Under the pieces are notes generated by a model that searched no databases, was not told where the DNA came from, and worked only from the letters and a program-made list of their open reading frames with translations. A stretch of 64,000 nucleotides of DNA from Camelus dromedarius (lineage: Eukaryota): the NCBI RefSeq assembly GCF_036321535.1, contig NC_087437.1, positions 60,142,001 through 60,206,000 on the forward strand, written 5' to 3'. Position numbers and translations under genes: made by a program. Positions 52,680 to 64,000 of this stretch are shown piece by piece (the first letter of the stretch is position 1; each line of letters starts with the position of its first letter).

Positions 52680-55292
52680 TTCCATTTTATTTTATGGAGC
52701 TAGTATTACCTTGATTCCAAAACCAGACCAGGACAGTACAAAAAAAGAGAACTACAGATGAATACCCTTCATGAATATAGATGCAAAAATGCTTAAAATA
52801 TTAGCCAACAGAATTTGGCAATATATAAAAAGAATTATAAACTATGAAAAAGTGGATTTGTTCCAGGGATGCAGAGATGGTTCATTGTTGAAAATCAGTT
52901 GATGTAATCCACCAAATTGAAAGCCAAGGAAGAAAGATCACATGAATCTATCAATGCAGAAACAGCATATTTTAACACCCATTTATGACAAAAACTCTCC
53001 AAAAATAGAAGGGAATTTCCTAAACTTGGTAAAGAGCATCTACAAAAACTGTGCAGCTACCATTATATTTCCTGGTGAAAGATTAAATGCCTTTCCCTTG
53101 AGATAGGGAGCAAGGCAAGAATGTCTGCTCTCACCATGGATCCACCACAGAGCAATAAAGAAGTGTAATAAGGCAAGAAAAGGAAATAAAAGTCATACAG
53201 ATTGTAAAAGAAGAAATAAAACTGTCCCAATTTGTAGATTACATGGTTGACCATGTAGAAAATCCCCCAAAATCCACAGAACACTCTAAGAGCTAATATG
53301 TGAGTTCAGCAGGACACAGGATACAAGATGACACACACAAATCAGTGTATTTCTATATCCTGGCAATGAACGTGTGGATATCAAAATTTAAAACAATACC
53401 ATGTACAATTGCTCAAAAGAATGAGTTACCTAGGTTTAAATACAACAAAATATACAGGATTTGTACACTGAAAACTATCTAATGCTGATGAAAGAAATCA
53501 AAGATCTAAATAAATGGAGTCCCACACTGTGTTCAGGGATTGAAAGACTCAAAAGAGTAAAGGCGTTGACTTTCCCTGAGCTAATAGACAAGTTTAGCAT
53601 AATTTCTATCAAAATCCCAGTCAAGTGGGGAGGGTGTGGCTCAGTGGGTAGAGCACATGCTTAGCATGCACAAGGTCCTGGGTTCAATCCCCAGTACCTC
53701 CTCCAAAAATAAATAAATAAACCTAATTACCTCCTTCCCCTCAAAACCAAAACAAAACAAAACAAAATCCCAGTCAGACTTTTTTGGAAAAAGACAAGAT
53801 TAGTCTAAAATTTCTATGAAAAGGCAGAGGGAATAGAATAGTGAAAACAATTTTGAAAAAGAAAAATAAGGTGGGAGCACATAGATCAGTGAAACAGAAT
53901 GGAGAATCCAGAAGTAGACCCACACAGATACGCCTAACTGATATTTAACAAAGGTGCAAGGAAATTCAATGCAGGAAAGAGAACATTTTCAAAAAATGGT
54001 GTTGGAGTAACTGATGTTCATAGGAAAAAACAGAAACAAAAGCAACCAACTTTGACTTAAGTCTCACATTTTATGTAGAAGTTAACTCACAATGGATCAT
54101 GGACTGAAACTGTAAAACACTAAACTATAAAACTTTTAGGAAAAAAAGAGAAAATCTTTGGGTTGGGGCATAGGCAAGGAGTTCTGAAAGTTGATAGCAA
54201 AAGCATGGTGTGTAAAAATGAATGATCAGACTTCATCAAAACAAAACACTTTTTCTCTACAAAAGACCCTGTTAAAAGGATGAAAAGACAAGTTACAGAC
54301 TAGGAGAAAGTATTGGCATATCATATATGCGACAAAGGACTAGCATCTATAACATATAAAGAACTCTCAAAACTTAAGAGTGAAAGAATGAACAATCCAG
54401 TTAGAATATGGACAAAAGACATAAAGAGACATTTACCAAAGAGGATTTACTGATGGCAAATAAGCACATGAAAATATGTTTAACATCATTGGCCATTAGG
54501 GAAATGCAAATTAAAACCACAATGGAGATATTTACATAGTTATCAGCATGGCTAAAATAAAAAATAGTAATACCACCAAATACTGACTAGGATATGGAGA
54601 AACCAGGATCTCTAATCCATTGCTGCTGGGAATGAAGAATGCTACAGCCACTTTGGAAAACAGTTTGAAAGTTTCTTTAAAAACTAAATATGTAACTACC
54701 ATATGACCAGCAATTGCTCCCCTGGGGCCTGGGGCTTTACCCAACAGAAAAACAGGAATTTACTCAATACAAAACCTGTACAGGAAGGTTCCTAGCATCT
54801 TTATTTGTGATATCCCCAAACAGGAAAACAACCCAGACGACCTTCAACAGGTGAATGGTTAAACAAATTGTGGTATGTGATACCGTGGAATACAATCTAG
54901 CAATAAAAGGGAACAAATTATTGATACATACAATCTCCAGATAATTATGTTGCATGAAAAAAGCAATTGCAAAAGGTTTCATATTGTATGATCCCATTCT
55001 TGAAATGACACAGTTATAGAGGTGGAGAACAGATTAGTGGTTAAAGAAGATGTGGGCTAGGAGGGAAGTGGGTGTGGCTATAAAAGGATAACACAAGGGA
55101 TCTTTGTGGTGATGGAACTGTTCTATATTTTCACTGCACATGTCAATATCCTGGTTGTGATACTGCACTAGAGTTTTGCAAGATGTTACCTTTACAGGAA
55201 ATTGGGTAAAATGTACAGGGCATCTCTCTGTATTATTTCTTAACTATATGTGAATCTAGAATCATTTTAAAATAAAAAGTTTAATTTAAAAG
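52680..55292 (+). mobile_element. L1 (L1MC-like) from the ORF2 RT region to the 3' end, sense within a BDH1 intron
   Basis: RT-region motifs (accttgattccaaaaccagac, atgaatatagatgcaaaaat) through the 3'UTR to AATAAA at ~55270; interrupted by the SINE at 53624-53762. Confidence 0.88.
53624..53762 (+). mobile_element. Camelid tRNA-derived SINE (Vic-1 type), inserted in L1 ORF2
   Basis: Head GGGGAGGGTGTGGCTCAGTGGGTAGAGC..GGTTCAATCCCCAG; (CAAAA)n tail; perfect 14-bp TSD caaaatcccagtca (53610-53623 / 53763-53776). Confidence 0.9.
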
Positions 55293-55619
55293 ACTGTCAG
55301 GAAGCAGCATAAAACCTAAGGGTTAAGACACTGAATCTGCAGAAAGCTTTGTTAGCAAAGGTATATCACTGGAAGGTTCTTTCCACCCAGTGGCAAAAAT
55401 GGCCACTGCAACTGCTGGCCTGCTCTCTTCCAGACTGGTCAGTAACCCTGGAGGAAAAGGGCCCCCTCCTCAGTAGTACCAGCAGGTTGTCCTCAGGGGA
55501 CTGGGGTGACAGTAGTGGGGTGCTCACTGGTGGCTGAGTGTCTATTGAGTTGCTTCTGCCCCGAGAACAAGGTCTGGTGTGACCACAGCCTCTGCTCATG
55601 GCCTTCTTTCCTCTTGCAG

Positions 55620-55692
55620 ACACTCACTGCCATTTTACTCGGCCTCCTTTGTCGCTGTTGGCCGTCGGACTTATGCCAATTCAGTGAACCCG
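55620..55692 (+). CDS. BDH1: BDH1 second coding exon (R-HSLPFYSASFVAVGRRTYANSVNP)
   Basis: Acceptor ccttctttcctcttgcAG; donor CCG|GTGAGT; 73 nt, completing the phase-2 codon (83+73=156 nt). Contains the GRRTYA segment of BDH1. Confidence 0.94.
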
Positions 55693-56367
55693 GTGAGTGG
55701 CAGCCCGGCTACCTGGGAACAAGCCCGGGGGTCAGAGCCCTCCTCTGTGGGCTCCCAGGCCCTGATCCACCCTCAGAGCAGGGCTTTAGAGCCCCTTGGA
55801 GCCACTCTCACTTGCTGAATGACCCCTCAACCCCATCAAATGAAGTTACAGGTTGAGCTTAGACTGGAGTCTCTCAGTCCTAATTTCAATTCCAGCTCTA
55901 TCACTAATTTTATTGGGCATTTTTTAAATGTCTGTTTCCTCACTTGTAACATGGTACAATAATCGTACTTATTATATGGAGTTATTGTGAGAATTAAATA
56001 AAAATAATGCACGCATGATGAAGGCACATGGCAAGGACTCCATACCTGATGATGAAAATGACAGCGATGATGGTGGTGGAGATAATGGTGATTGTAGATT
56101 AGGAAACTAGATAAGGTCCAGAAAGAGGAAGTAGCTTCCCCAGGCGAACTTGCTAGTTGGTGGCAGAGTCTGAGTTAGAACCTGGTCCCCTGATTCTGAG
56201 TCCAGGCACTTCTACTGTACTATGGTGCTTCTCCAAACAACAAGAGACAGGCAGGGAAGGCCAGGCCTGGCCCACTCAGGAAGCCCTAATTATTACTGCT
56301 CAGGGGAGGCCTGGGCATCTAGTTAGGATCCTGGGTTCCTAATGTGGAGTCTGACCTTTTAAAACAG

Positions 56368-56478
56368 GTTGGCAGCAAAGCTGTCCTGGTCACAGGCTGT
56401 GACTCTGGATTTGGGTTCTCCTTGGCCAAGCATCTGCACTCAGAAGGCTTCCTTGTGTTTGCTGGCTGCTTGATGAAG
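56368..56478 (+). CDS. BDH1: BDH1 third coding exon ([37 protein letters not shown]); gene continues past the window
   Basis: Acceptor aaaacAG; donor AAG|GTAAGA; 111 nt, phase 0. Carries the SDR NAD-binding motif TGCDSGFG (TGxxxGxG) and is near-identical to mammalian BDH1. Confidence 0.97.
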
Positions 56479-56534
56479 GTAAGAGATGGTCATCTTCATC
56501 ATCACTGTCCTTATACACAGCTATTATTTGGTTG

Positions 56535-58770
56535 GGTTTTAAAATTGCAGTCAAATACATATAACAAAGTTTACCATCTCAACCATTTTTAAGTAGACAG
56601 TTTAGTGGTATTAAATACATCCACATTGTTGTGCAACCATCCCCATAGCACTTTTCATTTTACAAAACTGAATCTCTATACTTAATATAAACAATAACTG
56701 TATACTCTCCCCTCCCCTCAGCCCCCAGCAACAATTTCTGTCTATGAATTTGACTACTCTGAGTACCTCATATAAGTGGGCTCAGGCAGTATCTGTCTTT
56801 TTATGACTAGCTTATTTCACTTGACATAATATCCTCAAGGTTGATTCATGCTGCACTATATTATAGAATTTTCTTCCTTTTTAAGACTTAGTAATAGTCC
56901 TTTGTATGTATAAACCATACTTTGCTTATCCATTCATCTGTTGATGGACACTTAGGTTTCTTCCACATTTTAGCTAATGTGAATAATGCTGCTGTGAACA
57001 CGGGTGTACAAATTATCTCTTCAAGATCCTGCTTTCAGTTCTTTTGAGTATTTACCCACAAGTAGAATTACTGGATCACATGATGATTCTATCTTTAATT
57101 GCTTGAGGAACTGCCATACTGTTTTCCACAGTAATGGTACCATTTTACATTGCTACCAACTGTGCACAAGGGTTCCAATCTCTCTACATCCTTGCCAATA
57201 CTTACTGTTTTCTGTTTTTGTTTTTTTTTTATAGTAACCATCCTAATGGGTGTGAGGAGGTATCTCATTTTAGTTTTGAAATGCATTTCCCTCATAATTT
57301 TTGATGTTGAGCACCTTTTCATGTGATTATTGCCCATTCATTCATCTTCTTTAGAGAAATGTCTATTGAAGTCCTTTGCCTATTTTTGAATTGGGTTGTT
57401 CTGTTGTTGTTGTTGTTAGTGTTGAGTTTTCGGATTTCTGTATGTATTCTTGATATTAAATCCTTATCAGATAGATGATTTGCAAATATTTTCTCCCATT
57501 CTGTGGGTTGCCTTTTCACTCTGCAGATAGTCTTTTGATCTACAAATTTTAAAATTTTTGATGAAGTCCAATTTGCCTATTTAATTTTGCTACCTGTGCC
57601 TTTGGTGTCATGTCCAAAAACTCATGGCCAAATCCAATGTCGTGAAGCTTTGGGCCTTTGTTTGCTTCTGAGAGTTTTATTGTTTTGGTCCTTAATTCAT
57701 TTTGAGTTAATTTTTGTATATGGTTTTAGGTAAGGATCCAACTTCATTCTTTTACATGTGGATATCCAGTTTCCCAGCACTATTTATTGAAAAGACTGTC
57801 CTTTTCCCATTGAGTGGTCAAGACACCCTTGTCAAAAATCATTTGACCATATATATGAGGGTTTATTTCTGGGTTCTCTGTTTTATTTCATTGGTTCATA
57901 TGTCTGTCTTTATGCCAATAGACTATTTGATTATTGTAGCTTTTAGTAAATTTTGAAATCAGTAGGGCAGAGTCTTCCAGTTTTGTTCTTCTTTTTCAAG
58001 ATTGTTTTGTCTATTTGGGGTCCCTTGAGATTCCACATGAATTTTAGGATGGGTGTTTCTCTTTCTGTAAAAATATTGTGACAATTTTGACAGGCATTGG
58101 ATTAAATCTGTAGATTGTTTTGGGTAGCATTGGCATTTTAACAATATTAAGTCATTCCATCCATGAACACGGAATATATTTCCATTTATTTCTGTCATCT
58201 TTAATTTCTTTCAGAAATGTTTTATAGTTTTCATTGTACAAGAAACAACATACACTTTCATGGTTCAGTTAATTCCTAAGTATTTTATTCTTTTTTGATG
58301 CTATTGTCAATGGAATTGTTTTTGTAATTTCCTTTTCAGATTGTTCACTCTTTGTATATAGAAATGCAACTGATTTTTTGTGTGTTGACTTTTATCCTGC
58401 TACTTTTCTGAATTCATTTATGGGTTCTAACAAGATTTTATTTTTGTGGAATCTTTAGGGTTTTCTACATATAAGATCATATCATTGGCAAGCAGTAATT
58501 TTACTTCCTCCTTTCTAGTTTGGATGCCTTTCATCTCTTTTTCTTGCCTAATTGCTCTGGCTACAACTTCCAGTAATATGTTGAATAGAAATGGTGAGAT
58601 TGGTCAAAATTAACCACAATTTACCATACAAGCATTCCTCAGAAAGTTGCAAGCCTTCAATAGATTCTAGAGTTCCAAAATTGTTACGTTAGACAGATGC
58701 TGCCAGCACACTTATTGTCTAGGTGGGGAGACAGATTGGTGCTTTCTGCTTTGCCATCTTCCCAGAATCC
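56535..58770 (-). mobile_element. L1 (L1MB-like) antisense in a BDH1 intron, starting ~60 bp after coding exon 3
   Basis: ORF-track peptides MKRQPTEWEKIFANHLSDK and HMKRCSTSKIMREM are L1 ORF2p; 58603-58770 looks like an L1M 5' end. Confidence 0.85.
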
Positions 58771-59369
58771 TACTTCAAGTTGAGAATTTATTTAATATCA
58801 TTATTACTCAGGACCTGGGCCAGCATTTGTAGTTATTTTTTAACTGCTTTCCTAATAACTGGCTCATCTGTTGCTTAAAACAGCTGATACTTTTTCCATT
58901 CACATCAGTCTCTCTTCCTTTTAGCATCATTCATTCATTCATTCATTCATTTGCCAAATGCTAATAATGTGCCTGGCACTTTGCTAGGTGCTTCAGAAGA
59001 ATAAGACCTGGTCTCTGCCCCCAAGGAGTACTGTCCAGTGGTGATGGGACAGCCATGCACAGACACAGCTGGAAGAATTAGAGTGGAGAGCACTCTCAGT
59101 GTTGTGCAAAGAATGTTTAATGAAAATGCATTGAAAGAAGGGACTGACTGTGGCATGACAGAAGGTGTGACATTTGTTCTGGGCCAGGGAGAATGAATAA
59201 TGCTGTCATAGGTGGAGACTGGAAGGAATGACCTATCAGACAGAAGGAGTAACCTGGCCATAGGCTGGGAAGCATGAGGATCTTTTGGGACTAATCAAGT
59301 GGAATTTTGGGTACATGAAATAGAAGCATTGGGACATGCAGCTGCAAAAGTAATTAGGGGACAGTTCCC

Positions 59370-60200
59370 CCAATTTAGAGAGTTGTGACACTATTATCAC
59401 AATCCACTTTTAGAACATTTCCAGCTTTCAAAATTTCCCCCTTATCATTTGCACACCTACCCATACCTACCTCTAGTCCTAGGTAGCCACTGATTTCTGT
59501 CTCTCTAGATTTGCCCTTTCTGGACTATTCATATAAATGGAATCATATAATGAATTGTCTTTTATGTTGGTTTTTTTTTACTTCACATAATATGTTTGAG
59601 ATTCATCCATATTGTAGAATTTATCAGTGGTTCATTCCTTTTTACTGCTGGGTAGTATTTTATTGTATGGATATGTTACATTAAAAAATTTATTTACTAA
59701 TTGATGGATATTTGGATAAACATGTTTGGATTTTTGGCCATTATGACTAATGCTGCTATAAACCCTCACATGCATGTCTCGTTGTAGACATATGTTTCTA
59801 CTTGGTTCTTTTTAGTGGAATTTAGAAACCAACATCTGGGCATTAGATGGGCTCATTGCTAATAGGGCATTGCTGCTCCTTGTTCCTCTCAGTGGACAGA
59901 GCTAGAAGATAATCATATACACATATATACATATGCACACATTATATCTATATCTATCTGTCTCCTATATACATTTCCTGTAAATATCACACACAGTATT
60001 CATAAGGTTATACTGACCTATTTCAATTCAACACAATAGCATTCTTCCTGCTTCACTCATTGCATATTTGTTTCTTTTCCTGCGGTTAGAACCCTGATAC
60101 CCAACTAACTGACAGATTTACTAATTTGGTTTATCCTACAGTACACACACAATTGCTTCAGAATTGCTCCATTCATATTGTTACAAACAACAAACCTACT
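59370..60200 (-). mobile_element. Old L1 fragments
   Basis: gatttgccctttctggac..tataaatggaatcata..gagattcatccatattgt L1 3' motifs. Confidence 0.6.
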
Positions 60201-60204
60201 ATGA

Positions 60205-60610
60205 TGTAATGTCAGTTCAGATCCTGCAAGAAGCAGATGCCAAAGTAGGATTAGATGTGCAAGAGACTGATTTAGAAAATACCTGTAATGGCTAAAGGTA
60301 TGGAGCAGTAAAAGTCAGGGAAATCCTTTAGATTATAATACAGATCTGAGAAAAGAAATTGGAGGAAAGAGGATTAGTTATGCAGAGCTTCAGACTGCAG
60401 TCTAGTCAGAGTCTCGGCTAGGATGTTGGAGAGTCCCCAAGCAAAGGTTGTTTGCTAGAGGAGATCTGCCTTGGGCAAGAATGGCCCAGTAGTCCTGCCA
60501 TGCTTGGCCATTGGCTGAAAGCAGCCCAGGCAAGCATGGCCGTGGCCATGGCACTCATGCCACAGTGAATCTAAAGGTACAGCAGCCAGAGACCTTCTGT
60601 CAATGAATGT
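60205..60610 (-). mobile_element. LTR16C-like ERVL LTR
   Basis: agaagcagatgccaa..gattagatgtgcaagaga..ccattggctgaaagcagccc. Confidence 0.55.
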
Positions 60611-61249
60611 GGCTGCGTGCTGTATGCCAACAGCAAGATGAAGAATGGGAAGTCCAAGGGGGTAGGGTGTGGTTAAGTTTGAGTCACCAGAGGTGCCTGA
60701 GAGAGCCTGCCAGATGATGAATGGGATGAAGCTGAGTGGCCGAGAGATTGATGTTTGAATCAATAGAAATGCTTAAGCAGTTGCTGTTTTTAAACATCAA
60801 TACCAGACCTCTTAATTTGTATTTTTCTTGTTAACCATCTTAATTTGTTGACTATACGCATAAAGATGTTTAAAAAATTCGATTGCTTAATTTGAATTAC
60901 TTTTTTAATAGCTAGGGTTCCATTTGACTGTTTGCATTGAGATATCAATGTTCAGTTTTTCTGTAGTTGTATCTTGTTGATATCAAATATGACTTTGATA
61001 ATAAACACCAGTTCCTGAAACAAACAAATGAAAACTCCCAATAAACGAAAAAGCAAAACAAAACAAAAAACCCAGCAGGTTGTCCTGAAAGGAAGCCTAC
61101 TGTGGCCACCACAGTAGAGCTCAGAATTTCTTTAAAGTGTTTTTTTAATTTATTGACCAAGGTATACAAAATGCTGTGTTTAGAAGTTACTTGGATTAAT
61201 TCTTTTTTCTTTATTATTATATTACTAATTTGAAGAAGAGTTTGATTCA

Positions 61250-61930
61250 TTTATTTGTTTGTATTTTGCTCCCCTCATTCTTGTTGATTTAATTTAATTT
61301 TAGAAGATGTAAAACATTAACAAGGATCTAAAATCAAAATTATATAAAAATATAAACTTAAAAGAAATATTCTTCCACCTCCTATGTTTTCTCCTCTTTT
61401 ATTTCACCCTTGCTACACAACTGTTTGCATACTGTATATGCTCTTTCATACTTAAAAAAACTTATCAGTATATCTTGGAAACCCCTCCATGAGTTCAGAG
61501 ATCTTCCTCACTTTTTTTAAAAGCATCATAGTACTCCACAGTTTACTCCACCAGTTTCCTATATATGTACAAGCATTTAGGATGTTTTCCAGTATTTTGC
61601 AGTTACAAATATGCCACAATGAATAACCTTGTAAATAAGTATTTTTATATTATTGGACGTTTATCTTTAGGGTAAATTCCTATGAGTAAGATTACTCTTA
61701 GGTCAAAGGGTTAATAAAATATATCATCATTTAAAAAGATATTTCCCAATTTTCTATCATAGAGGTTGTATAATTTTGCATTCCCACCAGTAATGTATGA
61801 GAGTACCTGTTTCCACATAATTTCATCAACAGAATGTACCTCAAACTTTCGATTTTTGCCAATCTGATAGGTGAGAAATGTATCTCAGTAGAGTTTTAAT
61901 GTATATTTCTTTTACCATGAGTGCTTCTCT
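61250..61930 (-). mobile_element. Old L1 (L1ME-like) fragment
   Basis: aattttgcattcccaccagtaatgtatgagagtacctgtttccac motif. Confidence 0.6.
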
Positions 61931-63634
61931 TACTGTTCTTTAAAGGCATGACCACAAGTTGCACATACAGCACCTGTGCTCTCATTCTATTGGCCAGAAC
62001 TTAGCCACATGACCTACCTGGCTGCTAGGGAGGCTGGGAAATACAGTCAGTATTCTGAGACAGTATGTACCCTGCTTTAAGACAGGGGTTTTACTGCTAT
62101 AGAATAAGGGAAGATGGGCATTCATGACAACTTTCTCTCTCTGCTCAATGGATGAGACATTTTTCTTTATTTTGAAGGCAGTAGGAACCCTGGGAAGGAA
62201 TTTTTTTACTCTAGGTTTAATATCTATAGACCAACATCTGTTCAATGTAAAAATTTCAATAATATAAATAAATACAAATAATAAAGTAATTTGTATTGCT
62301 ATGGTCTGAGCATATTTTCAGGTCAGAGAAGAGTTTGTCCTTTTAATTTTTACTCCTTCTGAATTATGAAAATAGTACATATACATAACAGAGTCAAATA
62401 ATACAAAAGTGTATGATATAAAAAAGTGGGGTCTTATCATTTCAGTTTCTTGCCCCAAAGTAACTGAAATTCATCTGTGCACTTTATTTCTTACTTTTGT
62501 TATTATAAACAACACCACAGTGAATAGTCTTGTACCTATTCTTGCGTGCTTTCATTAGTAATTCTTAGGAAACATTTCTAGGTGTGAGAGTGCTAGGTGG
62601 AAAGGTATGCAGATTTTAGAATTTATTCAAATCTGCCAGATTGCTCCCCTCAAGAGCTATGGCAGTGCCTACTTTCTCTAATGGGGATGAAGGGTGTGGC
62701 CATGCTCAGAGATGGGTTCTCTGCATAATGAGGACCTGCCTTAACAGGTCCTGGCAGGAGCTATGATGCCACAAAAAGTTTTGTATCTTTAAAGTTCTTG
62801 CTGATATGTTCACCTGTGCCATTGTGCTGCCTTGTCCAGTGCCACAGGGGCTGCGCCTGGACTCAGTGCTACAGAGGAGCCTTCGAGAGGGAGTTGGGGC
62901 CTCGTGTGCTAGTCCCAGATCAGCCACTAACCTGAAGACTGGGCAAACATCTCCCCTCCCCGAGCCTCAATCTGCTCTTACTTATAATAAGGGGGTCAGA
63001 CTGGATATCTTAGGTCCTTCTGCTCCTGAGGCAGTAATTCTATGAGTTACTTTGAAGAGAATACCAGACAAGATCACTGCCAGGTTATGTCTGTGGTGTC
63101 TACCTCTTGAGTATTATGGTGTCATGGTCTGTCTTTTCTGATTAAAAGCTAGCGGGACTGGAAGTCACTAGAGGTCTGAATGAGTTACGCAGCTCAGAAG
63201 GTGGTCAGAGCCACTGCAGACTATGGATAAAGTGCTGCAGGAGTTGAAAATGGGAGATCAGTCCTCCACCTAGTTCTGAGATGTTAAGCCGCATGATGGA
63301 GTCTGGCTACATCTGCCAAACATTCTGCTTGCCCTTATTTAGAGTCACCCTTCCACTTGCGCTTCGGGCCAACCCAAGGACTTTGCTCCATCAGATGTCT
63401 CCACCCTCCTACATAATTCACCCCCGACTCTGGCATACATGCACACACATGTGCACACACACACACACACCCCGACACAGCTCCACTTCCTGTGTGTACT
63501 ACTACACCATTTCCCTGCTTCCCGTTGTAGAAAAGCATCCCCAGAGGGATGCTGGCACTACATAGTTTCACTTATTTGCTTCTCATTTTTTTTTTTCCCA
63601 AATTGGATCAGGCTTTTGCTCCTACCGCTCTGTT

Positions 63635-64000
63635 TATTTATTCATCCAAAAATATTTATTGAGCACCTACTATGAGCAAACAATATTCTCAGTTGGAGAT
63701 ACAGCTTGTACCAATTCATTGACAAGTTCTTGCCCTGTGGAGCCTACATGAGGGGAGGAGATAGACAAGGAATACAGTAAATAAGTAAATACCTTCTCCT
63801 TGAGATGATAAACGCTATGGAGAAAAATAAAACAGGAAAAGAAGATGGAGGGTGAATGTGGCAGAGGAGGTGCTTGGTTTTAAAGAGGGAAGAAAGACCT
63901 CACCGAGAAGGTGACATTGGGAGTAGGCGAAGGAGCGAGTCTTGCAGACGTGTGGGGAACACGGGAGAGCCAAGCCAAAACCTCCGAGAAGGGTGTGTAC
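63635..64000 (-). mobile_element. L2 3' end
   Basis: ttcatccaaaatatttattgagcacctactatg. Confidence 0.65.

Noticed and set aside
53627..53702. tRNA-Ala-like gene
   Set aside because: It is a SINE head: followed by the SINE tail and flanked by a TSD, without a Pol III T-run terminator.
56344..56592. 82-aa ORF as a stand-alone gene
   Set aside because: It is BDH1 coding exon 3 plus flanking intron.
56479..64000. Next BDH1 coding exon (DKG..LRTVQLNV-like)
   Set aside because: Not found by eye or in the ORF track; presumed to lie beyond the window.

Overview
Mammalian genomic DNA, almost certainly camelid (camel/alpaca/llama), judged from three tRNA-Ala-derived Vic-1-type SINEs. The window holds the 5' half of BDH1 (mitochondrial D-3-hydroxybutyrate dehydrogenase, SDR family) on the + strand: a CpG-island promoter (~38.7-40.5 kb), candidate non-coding exons, and the first three coding exons (47146-47228, 55620-55692, 56368-56478). 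The remaining exons lie beyond the window. The upstream ~38 kb is repeat-rich intergenic DNA with a disabled SMIM29 (C6orf1) retrocopy on the - strand, an ERV1-type solo LTR with a 4-bp TSD, an ERV-L remnant, and many L1, L2, MIR, MaLR and hAT relics. I see no CRISPR array, RNA gene or prokaryote-type system. The most interesting hypothesis is an upstream in-frame ATG that could add 51 aa ahead of the BDH1 mitochondrial presequence in a promoter/splice-dependent way. A candidate distal TATA promoter with a chain of exon-like units lies at 14.8-21 kb. Repeat family names come from recall of consensus sequences and their boundaries are approximate unless a TSD is given.
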